A stretch of DNA of 64,000 nt. Origin: Candidatus Thorarchaeota archaeon (GTDB lineage: Archaea; Asgardarchaeota; Thorarchaeia; Thorarchaeales; Thorarchaeaceae). A model generated the notes under the pieces. The model was given only the letters and a program-made list of their open reading frames with translations, made no database searches and was not told where the DNA came from. The position numbers were made by a program, and so were the translations under genes. The stretch covers positions 1 through 64,000 of the forward strand of contig DXJO01000039.1 of NCBI GenBank assembly GCA_019057475.1, in the 5' to 3' direction. Positions within the stretch are counted from its first letter, which is position 1. Each line of letters starts with the position of its first letter. Shown here piece by piece: positions 20,483 through 30,818 of this stretch.

Positions 20483-22156
20483 ATGACAGAAGAAACTCGA
20501 CGCGATGTGGCGGCAGATAGCCTTAGCCTAAATATAGTTTCCGAATCGATGTCCCGAGCACTCTTGATCGTGGCAGGGATTACTTCCTCAGCATTGCTCG
20601 TCCGGGCGACTGATGTATCTTGGAGCATCTCTGACTATGCTCATCTCAAAGTGCTTATGTACTGGAGCAATGTGGTTATCCTGTTCATTCTAATGGGTCT
20701 AACAACTGCGGTTGTGAAATCTGTTTCAGAGAATGCCCATCGCAAAGCTGAGGTGGGAACTGTGATCGGAACAGCCCTAATATCAGTCACTTTGTCATAC
20801 CTGATAATGGCCTTTGCAACCGTCGTTCTAGCTAATCAAATTGGGTTCCTTGTTGGCGAGTCTCCTACAGTAACGGCCGAGCTTCGATTGTTGTGGATCC
20901 TAGTAGTACTCTCGATGCTTCCATCTGCATATCTCCAGATAACGAAATCGGTCATTAGCGGCTTTCAGAGAATGAAACGGACCGTTGGAGTAGATATCGT
21001 CTATAACTCATCTAGAATTTGTGTCTTGGTTGTTCTCTACGTCAACAACATGATAACTATTACAAATGTCCTATACATGTATCTAGGCACGATGTTTCTC
21101 GGTTTTGCGGCGGGAGCTGCAGTACTCCAGAGAGAACTGAAGGCAGAGGGTATCAGCATTCAGACACGCGGGTGGCGCCGGATATCAAGATCCATGTTCG
21201 CGGTATCTGGAGCCATCTTTGGTCTCGCCCTTATTAGTTCATTCGGGAACTACATCATACCTCTACTCGTTGACTACTACGGAACAGACTTCGACATGGC
21301 CAGATACTCCATCGCGCTTGCCACACTGACTACCGTGAAATCATTCATCTATGCACCATTTGCGGTGCTTTTTCCGAACTTGGCGGGAATGTCTGGCCGA
21401 GGAGAATACGACATGATTCGTACCAGATTCGATGAGAGCAACAGGATTATGTTGCCCACCTTCATCTTCGCATTCATTGTTGTTCTTACCTTTGGGGATG
21501 CCATTCTGGGCACAATATACGGTGTCAGAGGACTCGACACGACTGGTGGACTTTCGGCCGCGCAATTCCTGTTTGCCATCTCACCGACTCTATTGATCTG
21601 GCCTATCAACGGATTGTACACCAATCTCGTGACAGCATTAGGAAGAATGAAGGCTCTTGTTGGAATGGGGTTACTCTCCGTGTCCTTGCAGGTGATCTGG
21701 ATTGTGCTCTTGCAGCCTCACTATGGTGTGGTAGCACTAGCGTATGTCTGGTTGATCGGGATCCCGATGTTTTTCCTTTACCACTACTACTGCAAGAAAT
21801 CGGTTTCTGTAGCCATGAGTACAAGATTCCTGACAAGGTCAATCATACTTGTGGCTCTATTCTTAGGAGTCGCTTGGGGGGTTTCTCTTCTGGGAGAACT
21901 CGTGGTAAACGCACTCTCTTTCATACCCCTCTTGCAGCTCACAACATTCAGTTCGCTGGCTAAACTGGTATTCATTATTCCGCTCTGGTATTTATTCATA
22001 GCATTCTGTCTTGGAACTCGGGTTATGAACTTCTCAGATGTGAACAATCTTAGGAAATTCCTGAGAAGAATCCCCCCTGTATGGTGGATATCCAGACCGC
22101 TTCTGGACCTAGTGGAGCGCACGGGCAAGAAATACTATGATAAACTCCTGAAGTAG
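20483..22156 (+). CDS. oligosaccharide flippase (Wzx/MOP superfamily)
   Basis: About 14 hydrophobic segments; glycan-cluster context; ATG at 20483 chosen by alignment with the paralogue. Confidence 0.8.
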   Translation: MTEETRRDVAADSLSLNIVSESMSRALLIVAGITSSALLVRATDVSWSISDYAHLKVLMYWSNVVILFILMGLTTAVVKSVSENAHRKAEVGTVIGTALISVTLSYLIMAFATVVLANQIGFLVGESPTVTAELRLLWILVVLSMLPSAYLQITKSVISGFQRMKRTVGVDIVYNSSRICVLVVLYVNNMITITNVLYMYLGTMFLGFAAGAAVLQRELKAEGISIQTRGWRRISRSMFAVSGAIFGLALISSFGNYIIPLLVDYYGTDFDMARYSIALATLTTVKSFIYAPFAVLFPNLAGMSGRGEYDMIRTRFDESNRIMLPTFIFAFIVVLTFGDAILGTIYGVRGLDTTGGLSAAQFLFAISPTLLIWPINGLYTNLVTALGRMKALVGMGLLSVSLQVIWIVLLQPHYGVVALAYVWLIGIPMFFLYHYYCKKSVSVAMSTRFLTRSIILVALFLGVAWGVSLLGELVVNALSFIPLLQLTTFSSLAKLVFIIPLWYLFIAFCLGTRVMNFSDVNNLRKFLRRIPPVWWISRPLLDLVERTGKKYYDKLLK

Positions 22157-22426
22157 TGCACTTTTTATTCACTGTCGCTTCTAGAGTAGCTTCGGATAGG
22201 CGCAATCCGAATCCGCCATCGCAGGTTGCCCACGTTTCAAACACGATGTACGCCTCCCACCTGCCTGATGATTGTGACACATCCTTTCCGCTATTCCACT
22301 AGGTTTCCACCAGTAAGTTCAAGAGTATCAATAGAAACAACAAGAATGGCGAGGTATACCTACTCGAATGCTCCGGTCCTTTGATGGCGCTCATAAGGAT
22401 ATCTTAGCTGAGCTTGGTGATGCTGC

Positions 22427-23344
22427 ATGAAGAAGCTCGCAGTATTCGCAACTGATGCCAACTTCTTGGCTTTCACACGACGGTTTGACACCCGGCTGTA
22501 TGGAGAATTAACATCTAGTGGGCTTAGATTCGTTTTGGAGAAAAGAATGACCCCTATCAAGATTCGGAATCTGACACGGTGGGCCGATTTTGTCCTAGTT
22601 GACTTCCTCACTCCTCTTGGACAGGAAGTTACGAGGTACTCCGTGAAACCCGTTCATATCAGAATCCATAGGTATGAATTGGATTACCCAGACCTTTTTG
22701 TACCTGTATGTTGGGACAACGTTGCATCAGTCATCGCTGATTCCAGCTACTACGCATCACTATTGAAGCAGTATGTTCCTGGCAATATCCCAATATTCAT
22801 TGTACCCGCTGGAGTTGATGCATCCAGATGGCCATTTAGGCCGTCATCATCAAGGAAACTCTGCACTTGGGCATTGCCGAGCCACCGGAAGCGCATCTAC
22901 GATCTGATGCTTGCCTTACGTGATGAAACACTCTATGTTGGGGGCAAGAGTGCCAGCTACAGATATCTTCTGGAAGCCAACAGAAGGTTCTCCCTCGGTC
23001 ACGTTTTTGAGCCCGACGCGAAGTTTCCTCAATGGCAGTGGGACAAAGAGTTCTATATTCATCACTCTCTCGATGAAGGCCTTCCTATTTCAGTTGGAGA
23101 AGCCATGGCCTCAGGTCTGATTCCACTCGTCCATAGATTCCCATCTGCCCTAGAGATTGTCCCGAAGGAGCTAACCTACGTCTACAACACTGAGCTTTTA
23201 GGGTTGATTCACCAGTATAGGGAAAAAAGTGAAGAGGAGAGAATGGTTCTCAAGCATGAACTAAGGCAGACCGTTCTTGAGAAGTATGGCTCTGAGTCAG
23301 TGGCTCATAGACTTGAAGCCATCTTCGAAGAATCCATGGCTTAG
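22427..23344 (+). CDS. GT4-like glycosyltransferase
   Basis: HRYE, SLDEGLPISVGEAMASGL. Confidence 0.85.
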   Translation: MKKLAVFATDANFLAFTRRFDTRLYGELTSSGLRFVLEKRMTPIKIRNLTRWADFVLVDFLTPLGQEVTRYSVKPVHIRIHRYELDYPDLFVPVCWDNVASVIADSSYYASLLKQYVPGNIPIFIVPAGVDASRWPFRPSSSRKLCTWALPSHRKRIYDLMLALRDETLYVGGKSASYRYLLEANRRFSLGHVFEPDAKFPQWQWDKEFYIHHSLDEGLPISVGEAMASGLIPLVHRFPSALEIVPKELTYVYNTELLGLIHQYREKSEEERMVLKHELRQTVLEKYGSESVAHRLEAIFEESMA

Positions 23345-23570
23345 AATGAAAAAGGATGTATGATTCAATCTAGACATGCAATTGAAAACCTAGTTATGCA
23401 TCGCGATCGTGTTACTGTTTCTAGTGCCAGCTGCATCATTGTGGCCAACCAGGGACCAGTTTCCACGCTGCAATCAGCTCATGTGACACTTGATAGACAC
23501 AGCCATCCTATTGAAGAGCTCGTTGGCACCTCCTTCGCAATGATCAAGAGAATAGAAAAGAGAGAGCATA

Positions 23571-24836
23571 TTAGATCATTGAGTCTAGGACTTTAGCAAG
23601 CTTGCCAGTCAAACTGCGTCGACTAAATCGTTCGTACTTCTCCTTTGTTGGACCAGGTATGGCCTTGTTTTGGTCGAATGCATCGAAAAGCTCTACGATT
23701 CGAGCTGCCCCGAGCTCGGGTTTCGAACCGTCTGTTGAGAAACCGAATTCATTCTCAAGTATGAAGTCCTCTAGAAATCCAGGCGCAGAGAAGCTCAAAA
23801 CTGGACGGCCTGTGGCAATATACTCGTAGAATTTGGCTGGCACCACCGATGGTGCCACCATCCCACTGATGAGGAGCAAGACATGGCATCGGCGCATGAA
23901 TGCAATCGCTTCTTGATGAGGACTGAACCCTGGCACTCTTACGAGGCCATCTACAAGAAGCTTTCTTGCCTCAGCGTAGATGAAGTCTGGCTGCACTCTG
24001 CCCAAGAAAACGACGTTTGTTCTTTGCCTTATCTCTGGTCGTTCTTGGATGGCGATTGCCAGCGATTGGAAAAGGGGACGAGGTGACATTGTCCCGTAGA
24101 TTGATCCGATGTGTCCCATTACGAACCGATCGGCTGGAGGAACATCTGTCTGACCAACGAAATCGGATGTGTCAAAACCGTTTGGTATTACAGTTGGATT
24201 GAGCCGTGAAAGCCCCATACATACAGCCACATCCTTCTGCATCAGCTTGTTGACTACGACGACTCGGTCCATCTGACCAAGAAGCTTAGTTTCATAGAGT
24301 CTATAGAAGCATTTGTGGAATCTCGTAGGCCACACCATGAAATCATTCGATGAGAATGGATCCCTGAGATCGGCCAACGTCGGGAGTCCGAATTTCTTGC
24401 GAAGTTGTGACGCCACTCTCAAGCACGAGTAGGGAGGCGCTGTTGCGTAGATGGCATCGATATGCCCGGACTTCAGCAGCTCACTGCCCGCTCGAACGGC
24501 ACCAGGAACCCAATCGAACTGGGGATCAACGAATGAATAGAGAAGATGATATCTGCGAAGGCCCTTTTTCGCAAACCTGCGGAGCGTCTGATAGACGGGT
24601 AGACGGATGGCCCTTATCACTTGCTGGTTTGATGGAATTTCATAGAGCAATGTTTCATCTTTTATGTAGTCAGGATCATTGAGAACAGTTAGCACAGTTG
24701 TGTTCCAACCATACTCACGGAGGTACCGAGAGAACTTGAGAGGCCTAAGAGAACCAATCCCCCCAAGAGGTGGATAGTAATAGGCAATCATCAGAAGTTC
24801 TCGCATCCACATCCATCCTGTTTCTGGACCATCCAA
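23571..24836 (-). CDS. family 4 glycosyltransferase
   Basis: IAYYYPP.GG.G..R, ADLRDP, IPNGFD, PAKFYEYIATGRP. Confidence 0.9.
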   Translation of the reverse strand: MDGPETGWMWMRELLMIAYYYPPLGGIGSLRPLKFSRYLREYGWNTTVLTVLNDPDYIKDETLLYEIPSNQQVIRAIRLPVYQTLRRFAKKGLRRYHLLYSFVDPQFDWVPGAVRAGSELLKSGHIDAIYATAPPYSCLRVASQLRKKFGLPTLADLRDPFSSNDFMVWPTRFHKCFYRLYETKLLGQMDRVVVVNKLMQKDVAVCMGLSRLNPTVIPNGFDTSDFVGQTDVPPADRFVMGHIGSIYGTMSPRPLFQSLAIAIQERPEIRQRTNVVFLGRVQPDFIYAEARKLLVDGLVRVPGFSPHQEAIAFMRRCHVLLLISGMVAPSVVPAKFYEYIATGRPVLSFSAPGFLEDFILENEFGFSTDGSKPELGAARIVELFDAFDQNKAIPGPTKEKYERFSRRSLTGKLAKVLDSMI

Positions 24837-25637
24837 GACACAGCATTCTTCAAAGATTGAACCATGCCAACAAGCTGAGTCCTGTAAATGCTTTCAAAGG
24901 AGTTGGCTGCCCTATTCCAGCAGACAAATGGCGAGATATCTCATGAAACATAAAAGTGATGTGGAATCATTTCGCAGAGAAGGCTGGTCCCTAAACTCCT
25001 GCAGACTAGCATCTAGGCTGAGAACGGTTACCACGTGGAACGATAGAAAGGAAGAACTCGCTTCGTCGAGGGACTAGATGGAAGGACTGTAGACTTGCTT
25101 GAAGTGGCGGAAGGTTGGTCACATGTACTGCTTCACGCAAAGGGCCGATGCTTGCCTTAGGAAGAAAACGACAGGAGCAAGGGAGAGGGTTCTTCTGGGT
25201 CTGACCACGAGGACGGAGGTCTGTGGCTTGTGTCGTTTTCCATGTCTGTGCGACAATTCCCCATTCCCATTTCCCGCTCTCTCGGTGCTACCAGAACTCA
25301 CTGTCGACTCGAGTCTGATGAACTCGGAAACATGTGCACCATGTTTCACAAGCGATACTGGTTAACAAGATCCACCCGTCATAACAACATATCCTCACTC
25401 CTTCGGGATGGTTCAAGTTGGCGCACTAGTGCTTCTTTCCTGCAAAAAGGAACATCAGGACGTAAGTCGTAATACTCTTCAGTCCAAAATACCCAACACC
25501 AACGACCCCAATAGCCGCTTCTCGATTCTCATCTTGAGAGCATCGAGCTTCTCACCATTCATAAGCCATTAAGGCTTCATGCGATTCATAAGCGTTCTCT
25601 TGCCATCGGAAATGCGAGGCCAAACGAGGAACGTAAC

Positions 25638-26420
25638 ATGCCCAATGAAAAGACCCCTTTGCTAAGAGTTGTCGATACACATTGTCATCTCGAGCAAGCA
25701 GAGTTCCTGCATGATCTCGATGCAGTTGTGGACCGAGCTTTGGAAGGTGGAGTGCACATGATAACCTCAGCGATTACCCCTGATACATGGAGCAGAGGTC
25801 TTGACATTGCATATGAGCTCCAAAATGTTCATGCAGCCATCGGTCTGGATCCTGTTCTGTTCTCTGACCTCGAGTCTGTGCTAGATTGCATTCACAAGAA
25901 CGCCTCCCAGCTGATTGCAATTGGCGAAGTTGGACTAGACCATTACAGAACAAGAGATCATTCTGAACGCGAATGTCAGAGATCTGCATTTGAAGCTGCC
26001 ATTGAAAAGGCAGATGATCTTCGACTTCCTGTTCAGGTTCACTCCCGATCTGCTGGAAAAAAGGCCATAGAGGTCCTATCTAGCATGAACGCCCATTCTG
26101 TTCACATGCATGCATTTGATGGAAAAGCCAGCTTGGCGCGCATCGCATCACGGGAAAAGGGATACTACTTCTCGATACCAACCTCAGTTGTTCGTTCAGC
26201 TCAGAAGAGGAAGCTGGTCAAGGCTGTAGATATCGAGAGGATTCTCGTTGAAACTGACAGTCCAGTGTTGGGACCCGACAGAGAAACCAGAAACGAACCC
26301 ATGAACGTCTGGATGGCCCTGAGAGAAATAGCCAGCATTTTGAAGAGAGAAGAAGAAGAAATGCGCGAGATACTCCTTGAGAATACACTCAGGCTCTATC
26401 CGGGAATTAGGACCAAGTGA
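25638..26420 (+). CDS. tatD: TatD-family hydrolase
   Basis: DTHCHL, IGEVGLD, VHSR, ETDSP. Confidence 0.93.
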   Translation: MPNEKTPLLRVVDTHCHLEQAEFLHDLDAVVDRALEGGVHMITSAITPDTWSRGLDIAYELQNVHAAIGLDPVLFSDLESVLDCIHKNASQLIAIGEVGLDHYRTRDHSERECQRSAFEAAIEKADDLRLPVQVHSRSAGKKAIEVLSSMNAHSVHMHAFDGKASLARIASREKGYYFSIPTSVVRSAQKRKLVKAVDIERILVETDSPVLGPDRETRNEPMNVWMALREIASILKREEEEMREILLENTLRLYPGIRTK

Positions 26421-27124
26421 TACAATTCATAAATGGCATGGATGGTCCTACACTGCTGGTGACTATGAAGGATGGTCTTGAAGAGAAATTGAAGCAGCTT
26501 GTTATTTCAAGAACGTCTACTGCAGCCCGTGAGGAGTGGCTGAAAGCTCAACAAGAGTCCGAAGCGCCTCTCTTCAACTACCGTTATAGTCACGTTAGTC
26601 AAGTTGTTGCTGTTGCTAAGGATTTAGCAAAGGCCGGGGGAGCTGATACGGACATTGTAACAACAGCGGCTTGGCTACACGACTTCACCAAACCCGGAAT
26701 GGGCGAAGTCCCGGGCCATGGAGAAACTAGCGCAAAAGATGCCAGAGAGATTCTGCTGAAGGAGGGGATTGACCCCGATACTGTGGAAAGAATCTGCGAT
26801 ACAATCCGGAAGCATGTTGGACTCACTCTGGACAGTCCGCTTGAACCCATGGAAGCGCAGATACTCTGGGAAGCTGACAAGTTAGTGAAACTAGGAGTCA
26901 CCGTCTTTGCTCACATGATTGTGTACATGCAGAAAGCAAGACCGGGTTTTAGTCTCAAGGACTTGGCAGATGAACTCCGTGATTACTTGGACCTTGCTGA
27001 GAGAATAGCTGCGAGCATGAATACGAAACGAGCCCAGGAACTAGCTCGAGTCAGGCTAGATGCCATGAGAGGCATCAACGAGCTATTAGACTCGGAGCTT
27101 ATGCTTGGCAAACAGGAGAGATAG
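26417..27124 (+). CDS. HD-domain phosphohydrolase
   Basis: H...V, AAWLHD, H...SA, EADKL. Confidence 0.88.
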   Translation: MIQFINGMDGPTLLVTMKDGLEEKLKQLVISRTSTAAREEWLKAQQESEAPLFNYRYSHVSQVVAVAKDLAKAGGADTDIVTTAAWLHDFTKPGMGEVPGHGETSAKDAREILLKEGIDPDTVERICDTIRKHVGLTLDSPLEPMEAQILWEADKLVKLGVTVFAHMIVYMQKARPGFSLKDLADELRDYLDLAERIAASMNTKRAQELARVRLDAMRGINELLDSELMLGKQER

Positions 27125-27127
27125 ATA

Positions 27128-27955
27128 ATGACCGAGAGCACGGACCCTTCGGAGGGAACGCTAAGAGCCGGAATCCTGGCGATAGGTGATGAAATCTTGG
27201 ATGGGCTTGTGCTTGATACGAACTCCAATTGGATGGAGATTCATCTGGCATCTCTCGGCGTTGAGATGAATCGACTTGTTTTAGTGCGTGATGACCTCAC
27301 CGAGATTGGATGTGCTCTAAAGTTCCTCATGGAAACATGCAATCTTGTGATTACGTCTGGTGGACTTGGACCCACCCACGATGATATGACACTGAAGGCG
27401 GTTGCTCAAGCTTTCAATAGAGATCTTGTGGAGGACTCAAGAGCCCTCAGCATAGTGGAAAAACAATACAGGGACTTGCACGACAGAGGGATAGTGAACA
27501 GTCCGGAGATAACAGAGAGCAGGAGAAAGATGGCACGCATTCCAAAAGGTTCTGCCGCTCTCAATAATACTGTCGGGGGAGCTCCCGGCGTAATGCTCGA
27601 GATTGACAACGTCACGATCTTTTGTCTACCGGGTGTACCAAGCGAGCTGAAGATGATCTTTGAGGGATCGATTGTGCCGTGGATACAGAAGAAAGGCACA
27701 AGCAAATTCTGTGAGCGCGTTGTTGAGTTTGAGATGCGCGATGAGAGTGTCTTCGCCCCAATCATCGACATTGTGATGAAAATGCATCCTGGCGTATATA
27801 TCAAATCGATGCCCCGAACCTACGGAACATCCCATGTGTTGAAAGTCTGGGTGTCATCAAGGGGGAGCGACAAGGAAACAGTCACTAGGATTGTAGACGA
27901 TGCAATCAGAAGCATAAGTCACAAAACGGGTCTAGAAGCCAGGTCGAAGGGATGA
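27128..27955 (+). CDS. CinA N-terminal-like molybdopterin-binding-domain protein
   Basis: IGDEILDG..LDTN, SGGLGPTHDD.T, LPGVPSE. Confidence 0.9.
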   Translation: MTESTDPSEGTLRAGILAIGDEILDGLVLDTNSNWMEIHLASLGVEMNRLVLVRDDLTEIGCALKFLMETCNLVITSGGLGPTHDDMTLKAVAQAFNRDLVEDSRALSIVEKQYRDLHDRGIVNSPEITESRRKMARIPKGSAALNNTVGGAPGVMLEIDNVTIFCLPGVPSELKMIFEGSIVPWIQKKGTSKFCERVVEFEMRDESVFAPIIDIVMKMHPGVYIKSMPRTYGTSHVLKVWVSSRGSDKETVTRIVDDAIRSISHKTGLEARSKG

Positions 27956-28021
27956 ACTCTCCACTCAGCCGATAGATATATCGAGCTGTTGTGCTTGCAA
28001 CTGCGGCTGGAGTAATCTATC

Positions 28022-28798
28022 GTGCAAGTGGAATTCGCAATCCTGCCAGTTGACATCGTTGTCTTCGTTATTGCTGTTGTTTACGCCGTCTTTGTCCTAA
28101 CAATGGGAGACGTGATGCGTCGCAAGCTAAACCTAGATGCAGAGTTCACCCGGAAAATCGTGCATATGTTTGGAGGAGGCGCAATCTGGACTATTCCCTT
28201 CTTTCCTCACCCGTGGTTAGCTACGTTCGTAGGATTTCTATTCGTACTAATGACCTCAATGGCTAACACTGAGAGATTCGGAAGGTTCTTCGCAGCCATG
28301 GCTCGCCCTGAAGATGTCGAAAATGCGAGTGTAAGAGGACCCTTCTGGTACGCGGTTTCGGTCACTGTGCTAACAGCTCTCTTTACGTTCACTGGAAACG
28401 AGGCAATCTTCTTCCTAGGAGCTGCAGGAATTCACATCATGATGTTTGGTGATGGCATGTCGGCACCTATAGGCATGAAGTACGGTAAGAACCACACGGT
28501 TGTCATCTTTGGATCCAAGCGAAGCCTTCAAGGCTGCCTAGCCCTTTTCGCATTCGGATTCATAGGATCACTTTTCTCCTTCTGGTACTTCGGGACCCTC
28601 TTCACCGGATACGAAGCCTTCGTTTCAGGAAATGCGATACTCTGGACTGAGATGTTCGTACTTGCATTGGCTGGTGCAACAACCGCTACATTGGTAGAAT
28701 TGGTGAGCCCAAAGGGCACAGACAACATCACCGTACCATTTATCGCATGTGCTGTCATGCTCTTGGTCGGAATGGCTCTGGGGGTAGTTGCCTTCTAG
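28022..28798 (+). CDS. CTP-dependent polyprenol kinase (dolichol/phytol kinase, SEC59/VTE5 family)
   Basis: RKIVH, GDGMSA.IG.KYG, KRSLQG, DNITVP. Confidence 0.88.
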   Translation: MQVEFAILPVDIVVFVIAVVYAVFVLTMGDVMRRKLNLDAEFTRKIVHMFGGGAIWTIPFFPHPWLATFVGFLFVLMTSMANTERFGRFFAAMARPEDVENASVRGPFWYAVSVTVLTALFTFTGNEAIFFLGAAGIHIMMFGDGMSAPIGMKYGKNHTVVIFGSKRSLQGCLALFAFGFIGSLFSFWYFGTLFTGYEAFVSGNAILWTEMFVLALAGATTATLVELVSPKGTDNITVPFIACAVMLLVGMALGVVAF

Positions 28799-28800
28799 GC

Positions 28801-29361
28801 TTAGGAAGGCGCATCAACAACAAGCCTATAGTAATAGATGGAGCCCGCTGTAGGACTGGCCCGTTCAATCCGGATAACCTGCTCAACCTTTGCGCCCAGG
28901 ACTCTCGCTGCTGGATCGTCTCTCAGTATTCTTGGCAATTGACGCTTCTCCATGCCATAATGACTGAGTACAAGTTGCACTTCACTTTCTTCAGCGATTG
29001 TATGCTGGGGGACCAGCTCATGTCCGAACAGGTCAAACGAGGCATATCCGCCCTCGACAAGTTCGACCCTCGTAATTCTAGCGTACTTCTTGGCAGCAGG
29101 TGTGTACCTTGTCCCTCCTACAAGCATACCTTGAATGGAGTTGGTTTCTTCCATCTCCTTCACGATGTCTCTAACTATGGCCACTCCAATGACCTTCTGT
29201 TCCTTGAAAATCCAGACTACAGACTTCAGGACATCTTCTTCATCCGTTTTTTCAGGATAAAGCGCGTATCTATTCTCATATTCGAGAACTTCATCCACGA
29301 CATATCTGCGCAGATTCAGAAGAGCTCTCGTTTTCATTACAATGGAAGGTAGCTCTACCAA
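28801..29361 (-). CDS. rpoH: RNA polymerase subunit Rpo5/RpoH with a eukaryote RPB5-like N-terminal domain, copy 1
   Basis: HELVPQH, LPRI...DP, RIER.SPTAG...YYRLV; ~105-aa N-terminal extension with TPAAKK. Confidence 0.9.
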   Translation of the reverse strand: MVELPSIVMKTRALLNLRRYVVDEVLEYENRYALYPEKTDEEDVLKSVVWIFKEQKVIGVAIVRDIVKEMEETNSIQGMLVGGTRYTPAAKKYARITRVELVEGGYASFDLFGHELVPQHTIAEESEVQLVLSHYGMEKRQLPRILRDDPAARVLGAKVEQVIRIERASPTAGSIYYYRLVVDAPS

Positions 29362-29453
29362 TTGACAACACCCGATTAGAACAATTCATCCATACTTGGC
29401 GCCCTTATAAGAGTTGTAGAGTGTTGGCCAATTCTGACCTCCAAGTACACTGT

Positions 29454-30011
29454 TTAGTTGGAATCCACAACAAGACGGTAGTAATATACAATGCCAGAGG
29501 TTGCACTATCGCGTTCAATTCTCACGACTTGACCGGGCTTCGCTCCAAGTGCCTTGGCAGCTGGATCATCTCTGAGAATTCGCGGAAGCTGATTCTTTTC
29601 GATTCCGTAATGGCTGAGCACGAGTTGTATTTCATCAGCACTGACAATTGAGTGCTTGGAAACAAGCTCGTGTTGGAATATGTCAAAGGATGCGTAAGTT
29701 CCCTCAATCAACTCAACCCTTGCCGTTCGAGCAGATTTCTTGGCCGCAGGGGTAAACCTCAGGCCGCCCACGAGCATGCCATCCCGTGCATTTCGCTCTT
29801 CCATTTCCCGAGCTACTTCCCTGACCAGGGCTACCCCGACCACCTTGGACTCCTTGAGAATCCAGGTGACCACTCTAACCGCATCTGCCCCGCTGTCTTT
29901 GATTGGATACATTACGTATCTGTTCTCGTACTCGAACAGCTCATCGACTACATAATCGCGCATAGTCAGTAGAGCTCTCGTCTTAATTACAATAGCTGGA
30001 AGTTCCTCCAT
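29454..30011 (-). CDS. rpoH: RNA polymerase subunit Rpo5/RpoH with a eukaryote RPB5-like N-terminal domain, copy 2
   Basis: HELVSKH, LPRILRDDP, GAKPGQVVRIERDS.TSG..YYYRLV; start MEELP set by alignment with copy 1. Confidence 0.9.
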   Translation of the reverse strand: MEELPAIVIKTRALLTMRDYVVDELFEYENRYVMYPIKDSGADAVRVVTWILKESKVVGVALVREVAREMEERNARDGMLVGGLRFTPAAKKSARTARVELIEGTYASFDIFQHELVSKHSIVSADEIQLVLSHYGIEKNQLPRILRDDPAAKALGAKPGQVVRIERDSATSGIVYYYRLVVDSN

Positions 30012-30113
30012 CTGAGAAGCACCCCTAGGCAAGCTCGCACGCCCATTTGAAAGGCATATAAACATTGTCAAGTATTCTAGTCAGAAAGGGGTATCGTGAG
30101 GGCAGACTAAGAT

Positions 30114-30236
30114 TCAGTCCCCTTCGTAGAGGCGCATAGGCTGGTTACAGCATACCAGCGTTCCTGCGCCTGCTTTCTTCACGATAATGATTTGCTGACA
30201 TATGTCACACACGTAAGTTGCTCCTTCCTTTGCCAT
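30114..30236 (-). CDS. desulforedoxin (Fe-Cys4 mini-protein), 40 aa, absent from the ORF track
   Basis: Manual translation MAKEGATYVCDICQQIIIVKKAGAGTLVCCNQPMRLYEGD: Y.C..C...G.G.LVCC..PM signature. Confidence 0.88.
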   Translation of the reverse strand: MAKEGATYVCDICQQIIIVKKAGAGTLVCCNQPMRLYEGD

Positions 30237-30370
30237 TGAAATCAATCCCTGATATGATTCCTCGCACTATAAACCAGGGATTCTAGTGCTTATAAGGTTC
30301 CAGAAGAAGTGGCACATAGATAAATATACACGAAACGTTACAGGCATAGTTCAGGAAAGAGGCGATAGAC

Positions 30371-30796
30371 TTGCCCGGACTTACGAAAGGAATGATTGCT
30401 GACGTCCAGAATAAGAGGGAGATTCGACTTCCGGATGACTTCTTCAAGAATGCAGACCTAAAAGGCATGAAGGCCGCGATGGTCATTTACTTTGAGAGAT
30501 CCGGGGAAATTCGTCTAATCCCAATGATGAAAGATGGTGGTGCTCGAGTCAGGTTGGAAGTCGAGAAGGTCAATCCAGCGCTGATGCAGACAATGACTCA
30601 CCTCTTCAAGGAGCATGACCTGAAGGTTCTGTTCACAACTGGCTTCTGTTTCGAGCAGAATAGATGCATCTACGAAGTATACTTCGCCGCTGACGCAATC
30701 AAAGAAAAAGAAGCGGACATTCGCAAGACAATCGGAAGCATTCCGGGCTTGTACGAGAGCGAGTTTGAGATACTAGAACTGGGTGTAGACTGGTAG
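30371..30796 (+). CDS. putative regulator (AbrB-like N-terminus + ACT-like domain)
   Basis: D...REIRLP N-terminus; beta-alpha-beta-beta-alpha-beta pattern in the C-terminal half. Confidence 0.55.
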   Translation: MPGLTKGMIADVQNKREIRLPDDFFKNADLKGMKAAMVIYFERSGEIRLIPMMKDGGARVRLEVEKVNPALMQTMTHLFKEHDLKVLFTTGFCFEQNRCIYEVYFAADAIKEKEADIRKTIGSIPGLYESEFEILELGVDW

Positions 30797-30818
30797 GCTG
30801 CAACAGAGGTAAGTGAGT

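Noticed and set aside
25315-25350. Hammerhead ribozyme-like CTGATGA...GAAA followed by a hairpin
   Set aside because: Only 5 nt lie between CTGATGA and GAAA (no stem II), and stem I cannot pair.
28747-29352. 201-aa + strand ORF and the many other antisense/overlapping ORFs in the track
   Set aside because: Shadow ORFs opposite well-supported genes, with no motifs.
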